UHGV virus genome: UHGV-0320443
Strand: one strand, 5' to 3'
Length of the DNA stretch: 55,576 bases
Origin: a virus
Position 1 is the stretch's first letter. Each line of letters begins with the position of its first letter. Below, piece after piece: positions 1 through 10,400 of the stretch. The notes under the pieces are model-generated. The model ran no database searches. It was not told the origin of the DNA and saw only the letters and a program-made list of their open reading frames with translations. Made by a program: the position numbers and the translations under genes.

Positions 1-651
1 AACTTCATCTTTGTCTATTGCTGGATGTAACATAAAGAATACGTGCATATCTAGCGATTTGTAGCGCTTGATAATATCTCTGATCTGATTACCTGAGATT
101 CCCCATTCCCTTACAGAAGGAACATCTGGATTCTGATCTGGTCGCTCTTGAAGAGCTTTCTGCATTACAGATTTCATATTCTTCTTTTGCAATTCGGTTA
201 CAGTATCGATCGCAACAGTAAAGTAAATTGGTACTTCAAAGTCTTCAAACTCTTCTTTAGTTTTAACACCAAAGAGAGAACCGATCTGCGCAGCTGCTTT
301 TTTCTTTTCAACTTCATCTGTAGCCAATAGATATTTGTCACGCCAAGTAGTATAGCGAACTAAGAATTCATAGAATCCTTGAATATCAGACCATTCACGA
401 ATTTCTTGATAGTCAACATTCAAACCTTCCAAAGTCAAAGTACCTTCATCGACGTCGGCAATGATAATGTCTTTTGTCATTTTGTGTTGATTTGCTGATC
501 CCAAAAAGTAAGTCTTTCCTGATCCAGGAGGTCCATAGATGATCGCTTTGATGTATCTCGCTGGAAGGATACTCGACGTATCTCTCGCAGATGAATCAGC
601 CTGCTTTACAGCGTCGTTGCTGTTTTTAATTCTTAGATTAAACTTGTTCAT
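1..651 (-). CDS. AAA-type recombination ATPase (Sak4/RecA-like); only the 5' part is inside the window
   Basis: Minus-strand reading from the ATG at 649-651 stays open to position 1. Translation MNKFNLRIKN...IYGPPGSGKTYF contains a Walker A motif. The start overlaps the upstream stop (TAATG). The ORF track missed it because it runs off the edge. Confidence 0.6.
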   Translation of the reverse strand, partial: MNKFNLRIKNSNDAVKQADSSARDTSSILPARYIKAIIYGPPGSGKTYFLGSANQHKMTKDIIIADVDEGTLTLEGLNVDYQEIREWSDIQGFYEFLVRYTTWRDKYLLATDEVEKKKAAAQIGSLFGVKTKEEFEDFEVPIYFTVAIDTVTELQKKNMKSVMQKALQERPDQNPDVPSVREWGISGNQIRDIIKRYKSLDMHVFFMLHPAIDKDEV

Positions 652-1739
652 TAATCTTCTCCTCCAATGCTTTCGGTAAATTCATCTCTTTCATCAGGTC
701 TAGCTTCGTAGTTTAATTCTAAATAAGGTTCTACGTCACCTCTCGCCTGCACAATAGAGCATGCTTCTTTGAAGTCGCAGTCCCAGCAACAATCTCTTGT
801 TGGATTAGGATAAAAACTCTGCGCTGTCAACATATCAACAGCTTCTTCAAAAATTTGTTTTTGCTGTTGAACGATCTCTGCTGGGTCACGATAAATATAT
901 TCACGTCTAAAGAACATGTTTGGTTTGTTCTTTAAGACAGTGAGAATATCTTCATAGTCAGCCGGATCAAAACCATTATCAAGAATAGCCTGCATGTATA
1001 CGTCATAAGTCGTATCAATGGCTTTGTTCTTCGACAACCCTTTGCCACTTTTCAGTACGGTAGGAACTGTTGGCACTTTCTTTTTAATTCCGTTGTAGAT
1101 AACACCTTTGACTCTTACATCGAATAATTCCTGAGCTGCCCAAACATAAGAACTTACTTGTTCATCCATTGGTAACTTATCGTCCCAATCAGAAAAACTT
1201 TTAGCTGTCTTATGCTCTAGTACCCAATAGTCACCATCAGGATCAATTACGATTCCATCGAAACGTCCATCGTAAGTAACGGGAACTTTTTTCTTTGTAA
1301 CAGGGTGTTCGACTTCAAGCTCATAGCCATCGTCTGGATCTTTAATTGGAATAGAAAACATGACTTCCATTTTGTATGGCTTAAAGGTATCTTTATCTTT
1401 ACACCATTTGGAATAATGAGATAACAAATCTTTTCCGAGTTGTTGATTCTCATCCATCTTTTCCCAATCATTTTCCCAGATAACTGCTCCTGACTCTCTT
1501 AGTCGTTTTCGTTCTTCCATAGCCCAATCGTCAAAGCTTTGCACAATGTCAATTGAACTATCCGATTCATAATACATTTGAAGAGCATGATGCACACCAG
1601 TACCTAACCAGAAAATTGAATTAGGTTTTTTAGGTTGCAGCCCACGTTGTAAGTTCGAAGCAAAATAAAATTTACGTCGACAACGTTTGAACACTCTTCG
1701 GTCTGAAGTATGAATCGCTATGCGATCATCATGAATCAT
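651..1739 (-). CDS. RecB/Cas4-like PD-(D/E)XK exonuclease with a C-terminal Cys cluster
   Basis: IDPDGD...VLEHKT matches the D...ExK nuclease core. The C-terminal CCWDCDFKEAC cysteines suggest an Fe-S cluster. RBS AGGAGG precedes the ATG at 1739. Confidence 0.65.
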   Translation of the reverse strand: MIHDDRIAIHTSDRRVFKRCRRKFYFASNLQRGLQPKKPNSIFWLGTGVHHALQMYYESDSSIDIVQSFDDWAMEERKRLRESGAVIWENDWEKMDENQQLGKDLLSHYSKWCKDKDTFKPYKMEVMFSIPIKDPDDGYELEVEHPVTKKKVPVTYDGRFDGIVIDPDGDYWVLEHKTAKSFSDWDDKLPMDEQVSSYVWAAQELFDVRVKGVIYNGIKKKVPTVPTVLKSGKGLSKNKAIDTTYDVYMQAILDNGFDPADYEDILTVLKNKPNMFFRREYIYRDPAEIVQQQKQIFEEAVDMLTAQSFYPNPTRDCCWDCDFKEACSIVQARGDVEPYLELNYEARPDERDEFTESIGGED

Positions 1740-1762
1740 CTAAATCCTCCTTTCTAAATATA

Positions 1763-1791
1763 ATTATACTCTTCTTTACAAGATAGTTCAA
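1763..1791 (-). promoter_or_regulatory. sigma-A-type promoter TTGAAC-17-TATAAT for the nuclease/ATPase genes
   Basis: On the minus strand, TTGAAC is at 1791-1786 and TATAAT at 1768-1763 with a 17-nt spacer. The RBS and the ATG at 1739 follow. Confidence 0.5.
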
Positions 1792-1793
1792 GC

Positions 1794-1831
1794 GAAAAAT
1801 AAAAACTTCTCAACAAAAGTGTTAAGAAGTT
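1794..1831 (-). terminator. rho-independent terminator after the SNF2 gene
   Basis: An 11-bp stem (AACTTCTcAAC / GTTaAGAAGTT, one mismatch) is followed on the minus strand by a U-run (plus-strand A-run 1794-1803). Confidence 0.4.
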
Positions 1832-1919
1832 TTTACGAAGGAAAAGAAAGATTCATGATCGAAAACCAACGAATGCGAAAGCAGTTCATCTACCTGATTT
1901 AATTATATAGGATAGGTAC

Positions 1920-3635
1920 TCATTTTGCAACCATCTTTTTAATTATTTCTTGAAGTGAACTCATTTCATCGATTAGATCTTGTCGCGTTGTTACGACTTC
2001 ATCGATGTATTCTTCAATCGAATTTTCTGTAATTAAGTCATAGATAATAGGATTGTTCTTTTGGCCTAGTCGATCGATACGTGCAATGGCTTGCTGGTTC
2101 TCACCAGGTACATATGATTTGTCGGCAAAGATTAAAGTATCAGCTACTTGTAAGTTTAATCCTTCCTTCATAGCCGCAATAGTACCTAACATGACTTTGT
2201 ATTTACCATTAGTGAAGTCCTGTACACGTCGTGTACGTTCATCTGCGGATCTCACTTTTCCTGTTATCATTGTATTTGTGATTTTATTTTTTGTTAACAG
2301 TTCTGCCAATAACTCAATGTACACACGACTTGAACTAAATATAACTACCTGTCTTTCAGCTTCTTCTACTATTTCAAGTATCCGATCTGTCTTGTTATTA
2401 GTAGCTATATTTGATCCTACGAGTGATGGATGCAATAGTAACTGTCTGAGTCGAGTTTCTTGTGTCATTACATTAGGCGAGACTACAAAGTTATTTTCTT
2501 CTACCTCAACAATTAGCTCCTCTCTAAATTTATCATAAAGCTTTCTTTCAGCCGAGCTAAGTTGTATTGGTATTTTCTGATAAATAACATCAGGTAGTTC
2601 AGTAAGAACATCACGTTTGTATCTTTGTATGACATAACTGTTCATCATATATCTATAGGCCTCTTTATTACGAGGTGCTATGATAGTTAAGGCATTGCTA
2701 TTTTTATTTTTAGCTTTGGCCATATAGTTTTCTTCTGTTTCATTGAATCGTTCAACAAAGCTCCAATAAGAACCAAAACGATTTTTGTCCATCAATTGCA
2801 ATAGACGAAATACCTCATTATGATTCTTATTAATCCACGTACCTGTCATGAGCACTAAGCTATTCTTTTTAAGTAACTCAATACCTCTAGATAATTGAGT
2901 TTTCTTATTTTTCAATACGTGAGCTTCATCGACAAAAACAATATCCCACTTCTGTTTAAATAGCTCAGGTAGTTTGTCAAGTGCTTTAAATCGGTTAGTC
3001 ACTTTGTCTACTCCCATTTGAAGTAGTGAGTAACTCCCAATGTAGAATCTGCTATCTTCCTGCAAGTTTTTGCGCATCTTTTCTAGGCGTTTGTAACTGG
3101 AATCCACATTGATGATTGTTGCTCGAGGATCCTCACTCCAAGCTTCTATCTCATTTTTCCAGTTACCTAGAATAGACAAAGGCCCTATGACTAAGATCTT
3201 TTTAGCTTTGATTGCATCAGCATATCCAATAGCTTCGATTGTTTTACCTGTTCCTGGATCGTTACCTAAGATTACATTTTGCATATGCATTAAAAGATTG
3301 ATATCAACCCTCTGATATGGACGCAACTTATCGTTATAACTGAGTGGTGTAACATCGTCCTTGCGCGATTTGATCTCAGCTATTTCTTTGTTTTTCTTTG
3401 CTTCTTGAGTGAACCAGTCATTGACTTCTTGGTCGATAGAAACTTCAATATTATTTTTCTTAATATAGTTCATAAAGAAAGTCATGACAACATCGTCTTT
3501 TCTGAATCTGGCAATAGCAAATTTCTTAGCTACATTTATGCCTGGTATTGCTGAAGCTAGTTTTAATAATCTACCTTGTTTCCCACTAGTGTCAACTATT
3601 TTTACCTTTGACGCTTCTAAAGATATCTTGAGCAT
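1920..3635 (-). CDS. SNF2-family DNA helicase
   Basis: Has GNDPGTGKT (motif I), VFVDEAHVLKN (DEAH box) and C-terminal helicase motifs. Length 571 aa. Confidence 0.85.
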   Translation of the reverse strand: MLKISLEASKVKIVDTSGKQGRLLKLASAIPGINVAKKFAIARFRKDDVVMTFFMNYIKKNNIEVSIDQEVNDWFTQEAKKNKEIAEIKSRKDDVTPLSYNDKLRPYQRVDINLLMHMQNVILGNDPGTGKTIEAIGYADAIKAKKILVIGPLSILGNWKNEIEAWSEDPRATIINVDSSYKRLEKMRKNLQEDSRFYIGSYSLLQMGVDKVTNRFKALDKLPELFKQKWDIVFVDEAHVLKNKKTQLSRGIELLKKNSLVLMTGTWINKNHNEVFRLLQLMDKNRFGSYWSFVERFNETEENYMAKAKNKNSNALTIIAPRNKEAYRYMMNSYVIQRYKRDVLTELPDVIYQKIPIQLSSAERKLYDKFREELIVEVEENNFVVSPNVMTQETRLRQLLLHPSLVGSNIATNNKTDRILEIVEEAERQVVIFSSSRVYIELLAELLTKNKITNTMITGKVRSADERTRRVQDFTNGKYKVMLGTIAAMKEGLNLQVADTLIFADKSYVPGENQQAIARIDRLGQKNNPIIYDLITENSIEEYIDEVVTTRQDLIDEMSSLQEIIKKMVAK

Positions 3636-4068
3636 AGCCTAACTCCTTTCCATCTCCAACAGTGTAATAGACTAGACCATGCCTGATAGCATCATAAGCA
3701 TGCCTTGAGGACACTTGTTTTTCTTTGCCAATGAAAGTATCGATATATTTATTAGTAAACATATCTTTCTGCGATGGTAATTGTTCGATGAACCTAATGC
3801 TATTTCGTCTGCACAAGTATTTGATCACGCCGATCACTTCTACTTCAGGAAATGTATCCCAAGACTTGTGTTGAGCTTTCCATGCATACAAAGCAAATTT
3901 TTCAATTATAACTAAATCAATATGAGCAGTATTCCGATGGAGCCATAAGCTCAACATATGCAAACCAGGATCCTCGAGATAAGAGAACTCACCACTATCC
4001 CGCAGTTGACCATCTTCGAATAACGCATAGCCTGTCATGTGACCTGGATCGAATGTTACGATTCTCAT
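3592..4068 (-). CDS. RuvC-like Holliday-junction resolvase
   Basis: MRIVTFDPGHMTGYALF resembles the RuvC N-terminal motif. Start re-set to the internal ATG preceded by AGGAGG; the track ORF extends to 4140. Confidence 0.5.
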   Translation of the reverse strand: MRIVTFDPGHMTGYALFEDGQLRDSGEFSYLEDPGLHMLSLWLHRNTAHIDLVIIEKFALYAWKAQHKSWDTFPEVEVIGVIKYLCRRNSIRFIEQLPSQKDMFTNKYIDTFIGKEKQVSSRHAYDAIRHGLVYYTVGDGKELGYAQDIFRSVKGKNS

Positions 4069-4140
4069 TAGTACTAACCTCCTATAAGTAAAAAATAAGC
4101 CTCCCATTACTGAGAGGCAAATTTTTAATTCAATGATCAA

Positions 4141-4647
4141 TTATTCAGCTGATTCTGCTTCAGCTTGTTTTGCAGCAGCTTTGGCAGCTTTTTCTGCTTC
4201 TTTTTGAGCTTTTGCTTCTTCACGTTCTTGTTTTTTACGAGCGCGTTCAGCTTCTTTTTCAGCTTTTTTAGCTTCACGTTCAGCACGTAAGCGTTCTTTT
4301 TCAGCTTCTTTTTCTGCTTTAGCTTTTTCGCGTTCCAAACGTTTAGCTTCTTTTTCTTCAGCTTCTTTTGCTTTTTTAGCTTCTAATTCAGGACGAACAC
4401 GTTCGTCATAAATTTCTTGAAACACTTTGCGAGCGCGATTAGCTGTTTGACGGTAGCCAGGTCCAACTTCTTCAGATACAACTTCACCGTTGTGAGTACC
4501 AATGATTTTGTAATCAGCTACTGCTTTTGTAACTGCATCAGTGTTTTCAGTTGCTTCTTGTAAAACAACTTCTGACTTAGTAACTTGTGCTACGACTTTA
4601 ACGCCATCTTTTTCGCGAGTGTAAATAACTTCAACTGTAGGTTCCAT
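4141..4647 (-). CDS. hypothetical protein with a Lys/Glu-rich coiled-coil C-terminus
   Basis: The last ~90 aa are KEAEK/ERLRAEREAKK repeats after a 75-aa N-domain. A promoter and RBS lie upstream. Confidence 0.55.
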   Translation of the reverse strand: MEPTVEVIYTREKDGVKVVAQVTKSEVVLQEATENTDAVTKAVADYKIIGTHNGEVVSEEVGPGYRQTANRARKVFQEIYDERVRPELEAKKAKEAEEKEAKRLEREKAKAEKEAEKERLRAEREAKKAEKEAERARKKQEREEAKAQKEAEKAAKAAAKQAEAESAE

Positions 4648-4703
4648 AATAAAAATCCCTCTTTCTTGTCTGTTTTATTTTATAGTGTGGATGCTCTATA
4701 AAT

Positions 4704-4732
4704 ATAATAACATAGAAAGAAGGATTTCTCAA
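4704..4732 (-). promoter_or_regulatory. promoter TTGAGA-17-TATTAT
   Basis: On the minus strand, the -35 is at 4732-4727 and the -10 at 4709-4704. Confidence 0.4.
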
Positions 4733-4790
4733 CAGGTTTTCACTTATTTGCTAAATTAATTTTTTCTAATAAAGCAGGACGTGTTTTGTA

Positions 4791-5741
4791 TTAGAGTTTG
4801 TTTTTATTCAAACGACGTTGAAGCTCTTTCACCATTTCTGATGTAGGTGCGCTTACGATGCCATCCTGAGTTGTACCAAAACGTTTTTGTAATGCTTTGA
4901 TAGTTGCTTGACCCATCAAACCATCTTGATTGATCTTCAACATTTTTTGCAATGCTCGAACAACATTGGATCCGATCAAAGTATTATCAAATTTTGCTGC
5001 ATGGATGTTTTGATTGTACTTCTGGCGGTATTGATGAGAGATCACCCCGTCTTGAGTCGTTCCAAAGTATTGTTGTAAACGTTTAGCTGTAGCAGGCCCA
5101 AAGCTTCCATCTACAGTCAATTGAGCGTAGCTAGGTTTGTTCGTTGATGGTGTACTTGGTTTACTTGGTTTGGGTTTGCTAGGAGTTGTAGGCTTAACTG
5201 GAGTAGTAGAACCAGTAGTAGCTCCGTATCCCATAACTTTCAATGCAGCGTTAACTCCAGCTTCCATTTTCTTAGCCATGATATCCATGTCTTTTTTGTT
5301 ATCAATGAATCCCCATTCAATAAGAATAGCCGATCCTACAGATGCACGAATGACATATAAATCAGTAGTAGCTTTAGCTCCACGGTTAACCCATCCAGTA
5401 TCAGCACATACAGCTGTACAAATTTCTGTTGCTAATTTCTTAGCTGCAGCATTGCCTGCATGATACCAAACTTCGAAACCATTAGCAGTACCATTAAATG
5501 CATTCAAGTGATGACTCACATGATAAGATTTACCAACAGCATTCATTTTACGAACAATGTTGTATAAGTTATCATTTGCTGTACGTCCTACATTATCTGT
5601 AGCATCAACAGCTCCTGTAGCTTTACGGAACAAGTCATGAATTTTTTGAGCCACCTCATGCTCTTTCAATCCATTACCACTAGCTCCAGGAACAATAGCA
5701 TTGTGTCCACGGTGCGAAGTTGAATTATTATATTTGACCAT
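4791..5741 (-). CDS. endolysin: N-acetylmuramoyl-L-alanine amidase (Amidase_3-like) with C-terminal peptidoglycan-binding repeats
   Basis: GHNAIVPGASGNGLKEHE matches the amidase_3 signature. Two C-terminal repeats LQ.YFGTTQDG (PG_binding_1-like) follow an S/T/P/K linker. Start re-set to MVKYNN (RBS GAGGTG); the track start is 5786. Confidence 0.8.
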   Translation of the reverse strand: MVKYNNSTSHRGHNAIVPGASGNGLKEHEVAQKIHDLFRKATGAVDATDNVGRTANDNLYNIVRKMNAVGKSYHVSHHLNAFNGTANGFEVWYHAGNAAAKKLATEICTAVCADTGWVNRGAKATTDLYVIRASVGSAILIEWGFIDNKKDMDIMAKKMEAGVNAALKVMGYGATTGSTTPVKPTTPSKPKPSKPSTPSTNKPSYAQLTVDGSFGPATAKRLQQYFGTTQDGVISHQYRQKYNQNIHAAKFDNTLIGSNVVRALQKMLKINQDGLMGQATIKALQKRFGTTQDGIVSAPTSEMVKELQRRLNKNKL

Positions 5742-5742
5742 G

Positions 5743-5994
5743 TTACTCACCTCTTCCTTCGTAGAAATAATCATCGATCTCTTCATCAGGATTGTCAGTT
5801 TTAGGACGTGGTGCTACTTTGAATTTGAATGTTTCATCTTTACCAGTAATAGTGAATTCCTTGCCTACTGTGTAAGATGGTTCTTTTCGTTGATTCATTG
5901 CATGGGCAGCATCTTGAACTGGATCGACTTCTTCTACGATTTCTGGTTTTACAACTTTGTTGTAATCTTCGATAAATTTTTCTTTGTTTCTCAT
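5743..5994 (-). CDS. hypothetical protein (83 aa) in the lysis cassette
   Basis: ORF packed tightly between the holin and the endolysin. Confidence 0.4.
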   Translation of the reverse strand: MRNKEKFIEDYNKVVKPEIVEEVDPVQDAAHAMNQRKEPSYTVGKEFTITGKDETFKFKVAPRPKTDNPDEEIDDYFYEGRGE

Positions 5995-6008
5995 GTCAAT
6001 CTTCCTTT

Positions 6009-6416
6009 CTATTCCTTAGGTAATTCGGCTGCGGGTGATTCAATCGTGATTGCTTCTTGCTCGGGTAGGACTACGGTTGTCGCTGTGTTCCAACCTTCGT
6101 TCATTCCATAGACGGCGCTTTCGATCCAGAATTGTAAATCTTTCTCTTCCACCGGAATGCCTTTGTTCTGTAAGTCAGTAGCTAACCGATTTTTTGCCTT
6201 AGCAAACTTTTCAGGACCGTCAAGATCCTGATAAAGTTGCTGGATAGCTTTAACTGCTGTATTAGCTGCTTTTTCGTAAACTTCTAATTCCTGTAATACC
6301 CCACGTCTGTCAAGATATTTTTTCAATTGAACTGAAGCGTATCCTGCGATAGCAGTAAATACTAATCCAATCAAAGAAATTAGTTGGTCCGATATAGCGT
6401 TTGCAATTGCATCCAT
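6009..6416 (-). CDS. holin (single N-terminal TM, Dp-1-holin-like)
   Basis: N-terminal hydrophobic helix LISLIGLVFTAIAGYASV followed by a charged tail. It sits two genes upstream of the endolysin. Confidence 0.5.
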   Translation of the reverse strand: MDAIANAISDQLISLIGLVFTAIAGYASVQLKKYLDRRGVLQELEVYEKAANTAVKAIQQLYQDLDGPEKFAKAKNRLATDLQNKGIPVEEKDLQFWIESAVYGMNEGWNTATTVVLPEQEAITIESPAAELPKE

Positions 6417-6769
6417 TATTGCTCTCCTCCTTTAATATTATTTAGTCGGATTAAAAAATCAACATTGTTTTTGATTGTCGTGACATTTCCACTCATCTCT
6501 TGCATGATTTTCTTTTCCTCGTTCAGTAAATCTTGTTGTCCACTAATTAGCTGTTGTTGACTACTTAGTAACTTTTGTTGATCATTAATCGTAGTCATAA
6601 AGTTATTTCTGTCAACTTTTGCCTCCTCACGCTCTTTCACCAACAACTTGAATGCCGTATAGAGAACGAATAACAGAATGAACATTACGGCAACAAACAT
6701 TACCATAAAGATTGAATCTGTACGTTGAGCCCAATCCAATATGGACTGAGCTTTGTCTACACTTTCCAT
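6416..6769 (-). CDS. XhlA-like membrane protein
   Basis: N-terminal TM (IFMVMFVAVMFILLFVLYTAF) plus coiled coil. Its position matches PBSX xhlA upstream of the holin. Confidence 0.45.
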   Translation of the reverse strand: MESVDKAQSILDWAQRTDSIFMVMFVAVMFILLFVLYTAFKLLVKEREEAKVDRNNFMTTINDQQKLLSSQQQLISGQQDLLNEEKKIMQEMSGNVTTIKNNVDFLIRLNNIKGGEQ

Positions 6770-6790
6770 AAGCTACCCTACCTTCCAGTA

Positions 6791-7027
6791 TCACCCCACG
6801 CTGCTTTCCCCTTCCGCAGGTGACTCTCCATCAGCTTCCGGTTGTTCTGGCACAGTTGGCTCTTCTGGGTCAATAGGTTCTGGCAGAGGTTCAGGATCAA
6901 CCTCAATACCTAAGATCTGATCTCGTTCTGCTGGAGTGATCCCACCTAGTTCACAAGCTTCACGGATTTGATCTGCTGTAGCCCAACCGACATCGTATGC
7001 ATATTTCCAAAAATCATATCCAAACAT
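6791..7027 (-). CDS. XkdX-family small protein
   Basis: The motif W..AY..GWAT.DQIREA...ITP.E...ILG is typical of the XkdX family. Confidence 0.55.
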   Translation of the reverse strand: MFGYDFWKYAYDVGWATADQIREACELGGITPAERDQILGIEVDPEPLPEPIDPEEPTVPEQPEADGESPAEGESSVG

Positions 7028-7362
7028 TATTGAACGCTCCCTTCTTTTAAGGCGTTAATTTCAGCTTGTTGCTTCATATCATTCAAGGCTAATTGAATAG
7101 AAGTTTTACCTACTTTTTCGCTCTCTGTAATTGTCTTAGTCACATCTGCTTGTAACTTGTCTAACACTTCAGTTACTTCTTTAGGCACAGCATCAACCCA
7201 TTGATTAGAATTCCAATCGAATTTAGGCGCATACAGTCCTTCCGGTAAAGGAACTTCTGTAAAAGGTAACATTGTTGGATAGTCTGCAGGTACTTCCCAA
7301 GGACCTTCAAAGCCTGAAACTTCTCCTGGTTTGAAAATAAGTTTTGTTGTTGTCTCTTCCAT
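7027..7362 (-). CDS. XkdW-like protein (position-based call)
   Basis: A 111-aa ORF between the fibre and XkdX, as in PBSX-like tail ends. Confidence 0.35.
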   Translation of the reverse strand: MEETTTKLIFKPGEVSGFEGPWEVPADYPTMLPFTEVPLPEGLYAPKFDWNSNQWVDAVPKEVTEVLDKLQADVTKTITESEKVGKTSIQLALNDMKQQAEINALKEGSVQ

Positions 7363-7415
7363 GATACACGTCCTCCTATAAATAAATTTATTAAATAGTC
7401 TATGACTATTTAGTA

Positions 7416-10400
7416 CTAAAAGAATGCAATGTCTTCTCCAACATAAGTTATACTAATATGGAAAATCTTGCCTGCTGATTGTTCGCCAGCATATCCGTTG
7501 ATTCCTGGATCAACCATTGTTGAGTTAGTTAGACGTCCATCAGTGTAAACATCACAGGTATATATTGTTCTACCACTAGATCGCATAATGATACCATTTC
7601 TGTTATACTTAGGTCGATAACCTTCAGGAATATTTGCCATGTGTTCCTGACCATTGGAAGGTGTGAATGTTGCAGTGTTTCTAATGGTTCCCGCTAAAGT
7701 AACAGTATCGCCATCACGAACAACTTTAGCATGCTGCCAACTAGACGTATCAGTATTGTAATCAGCCCATCCTGTAAGATAGGAAAGATTTGCTTCTGGT
7801 AAAGAAAGTCGTATAACTTTCCAAGGGCCCCAAGTACTGACACCGCTGATATTTTTACGTGTTCTCATAATACAGTTATTATCCATATCTGTATAAGTTT
7901 GAATAGCACCTACACTGCTAGGGTGAGAAATTACTTCTAAATAACCAAAGTTAGATAAATATTTAGGACCATTAGCTATTCCACTCATATACCATCTGCC
8001 GGGTTGATCAAATGAATCCCAGTTGACGGTCCCAGTTAATGGAGTAGGTTCTACGTTAGTAGCCACTTGAGCACCATTCACAGTAGGACGAGTAGTAAAG
8101 TTTTTAAGTCCTCCAACCGTTTGATTATTAGTACTGTCAATATCCTCTGACCAGGCTGACCAAATTCCATTGTGACTTTGTCGAGTATACGTCTTCATTG
8201 TACCACCACGCAGGGTTGCTCGTTGAAGAACATAATTATCAGCCCTTGCGATTGTTTCAAGGTAGTAGTAGACACCACTACCGCTGGTAGGTAGGTTTGA
8301 GGTTGCTGTAGCTTCTAGTTGGATTGTTTGGCTAGTGGTTATCTTATTTGCATCTGATGTAGTACCTAGTACTTGATCAATGTAAGGAGAGCTAAGTAAT
8401 TTCCAAGGTGACCAAGTACCATTAAATAATTGACGTTCATAAGTGTTTTGATATATACTACTAATGCGTGTAGCACGTTGATATACATAATTACCACTCG
8501 AGCCATACCTGACAACATCTGTATACCAACTTGTACTCGCTGCTCCATCAGGACTGTTTGTAGCACTAGTATTTACAATTGTTGCTGTTTCTTTAAGTGT
8601 GTTGAAATCAACTGCCATGGTGTCTACTCTTCCGTCGGACAATAGTGTAGGTATTTTGCGCCATTCACTCCAGACAGTATTAATACAAGCTCTTTGATAA
8701 GTCAAGCTGGGATCATTTGCACTCGTAATATTTTGTAGTACGTATGCTCCACCATATCGTTGAATTTTACCATAAATAGTTCCCACACCAGCAGGCACAT
8801 TTATTGGATTGATATAAACAAATTCACCACTAATTTTTTCGTTATTTAAATCTGCTCCGGTTTTACTTGCTTGATTACCATCCATCATAGCAGTTAAAAC
8901 TCTTTGCCAAGGAAGCCAGTTACTATTAATACGTTGACGTACATAAGTATAATCAGCATTACCTAGATTTAAACCCGTACGAATAGTGAGAGTTTGTTTT
9001 ACGTTAGTAAAATTGTCAAGAGGCTCATTAGTCAAATAACAAAAAGTAGTAGACGTTATATCTGGAGGAATAGTTCCTGTCATATTTCTTACTTTGTAAT
9101 TACCTTGAGCAACAAAGGTATCAATATTTAATCCCTCATAGCCTTGATATAAAGCACTATTTAAACTTTTGAAAATGTTCAATTCCATAATGTCTATACC
9201 TTGACCAGGCTCTAACCAAATAGAGAAAGCGTTACTTGCTTGCGTTTGAACAGTACCAGTATAATATCTCCAAGAATAAGAAGGATTCAATACCATGTTG
9301 TTACTCGAGCCAAAACCTATTTCAATAGGTTTAGCTACTGAAGCAAGACGTATTTTAACTTTGACATCAAACGGTTGAAATAAATCATTATCATTTATTC
9401 CCATATCTGCCATAAGCCAATAAATACGTAATCGCTCAGTGGTACTAGGATTTTTTAAACTCAAGTAACCACCGCTGATATAAGACATTTCTATTGTCGC
9501 TCCATTAAATGGTTCAGGAGTAGCAATAAAAGTTCCTGTCAGCTTAGGATCTGGGAAGACATTTTTGTGATAAAAAGGCTCATTATACTTAGTTAAGACA
9601 TCATTAGGACTTACTTGATGGCCAGTAAAAATAGTACCTTCTTGAACCATGATATCCTCAAAACGTACTAGATCAGTGACTCCTGCTGTGTCTCGTCTGG
9701 AGTAACTTAAAATTTTATACTGAGCTTCAGCAAAATTGGCTGGAGTAGTAAAAGTAGTTTCCCTTGTAATAGTGTCTCCAACTTTCAGATCTTTAAAGTC
9801 GTCTATAACAGAAGCTTCTCCGATCCAGATAGTAGGGTAGAAAGTGTTGTTTACATTGGAATACAAATTCAGCCCACCATGAGCCTTACTAGGACTGTAT
9901 AAGGCTCCACCATCTAAAGAAAGTAATCTTACAGTATACTTTGCATGGTAAGTAGTGTTGGGTTTAAACATTTTTGACGTAGCTTCTACGTTAAAAAGTT
10001 CATATCCCCAACCCCTAATTTCTACGGCATTGCCAGGAACTCTTCGACGAACCAGAGATTCAGGAGTTGTTATTAGTGATAAATCAAAGACATTTCGAGT
10101 ATTAATCTTAGCTGCATTGATTGCTGCAATTAATGTATCTAGATCAATTCTAGCTGTATTAATTTTGTTTTGCAATTCTTGTAGCTGAGTATTAATGTTT
10201 AATTTAAAAGCATCAATGTCATCTAAAGTATCTTGCATAATTAGACGAATCTGTTCCCGCAGTTGCTCAAATTCATCTACATAAAAATCAGACAAGTTTT
10301 CAATGTTAGCATCAATTAAGGATTGCTGCATTTCGAATCGGAAATATCCGAAGTCATGTGTTTTGATATTGTCAGCATTCATAGCTACAACACCAGCAAT

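Noticed and set aside
148-330. A 60-aa plus-strand ORF at the window start
   Set aside because: Antisense to the Sak4-like ATPase reading frame, which is open over the whole interval.
2053-2538. Plus-strand ORFs inside the SNF2 gene (2053-2538, 3109-3315), and similar antisense ORFs inside other large minus-strand genes (5137-5463, 8430-8645, 9955-10188, 10303-10566, 15636-15989, 22662-23021, 25348-25671, 27465-27785, 42151-42438 and others)
   Set aside because: They lie fully inside well-supported genes on the opposite strand, lack RBSs, and have low-complexity S/L/I-rich translations typical of antisense shadow ORFs in AT-rich DNA.
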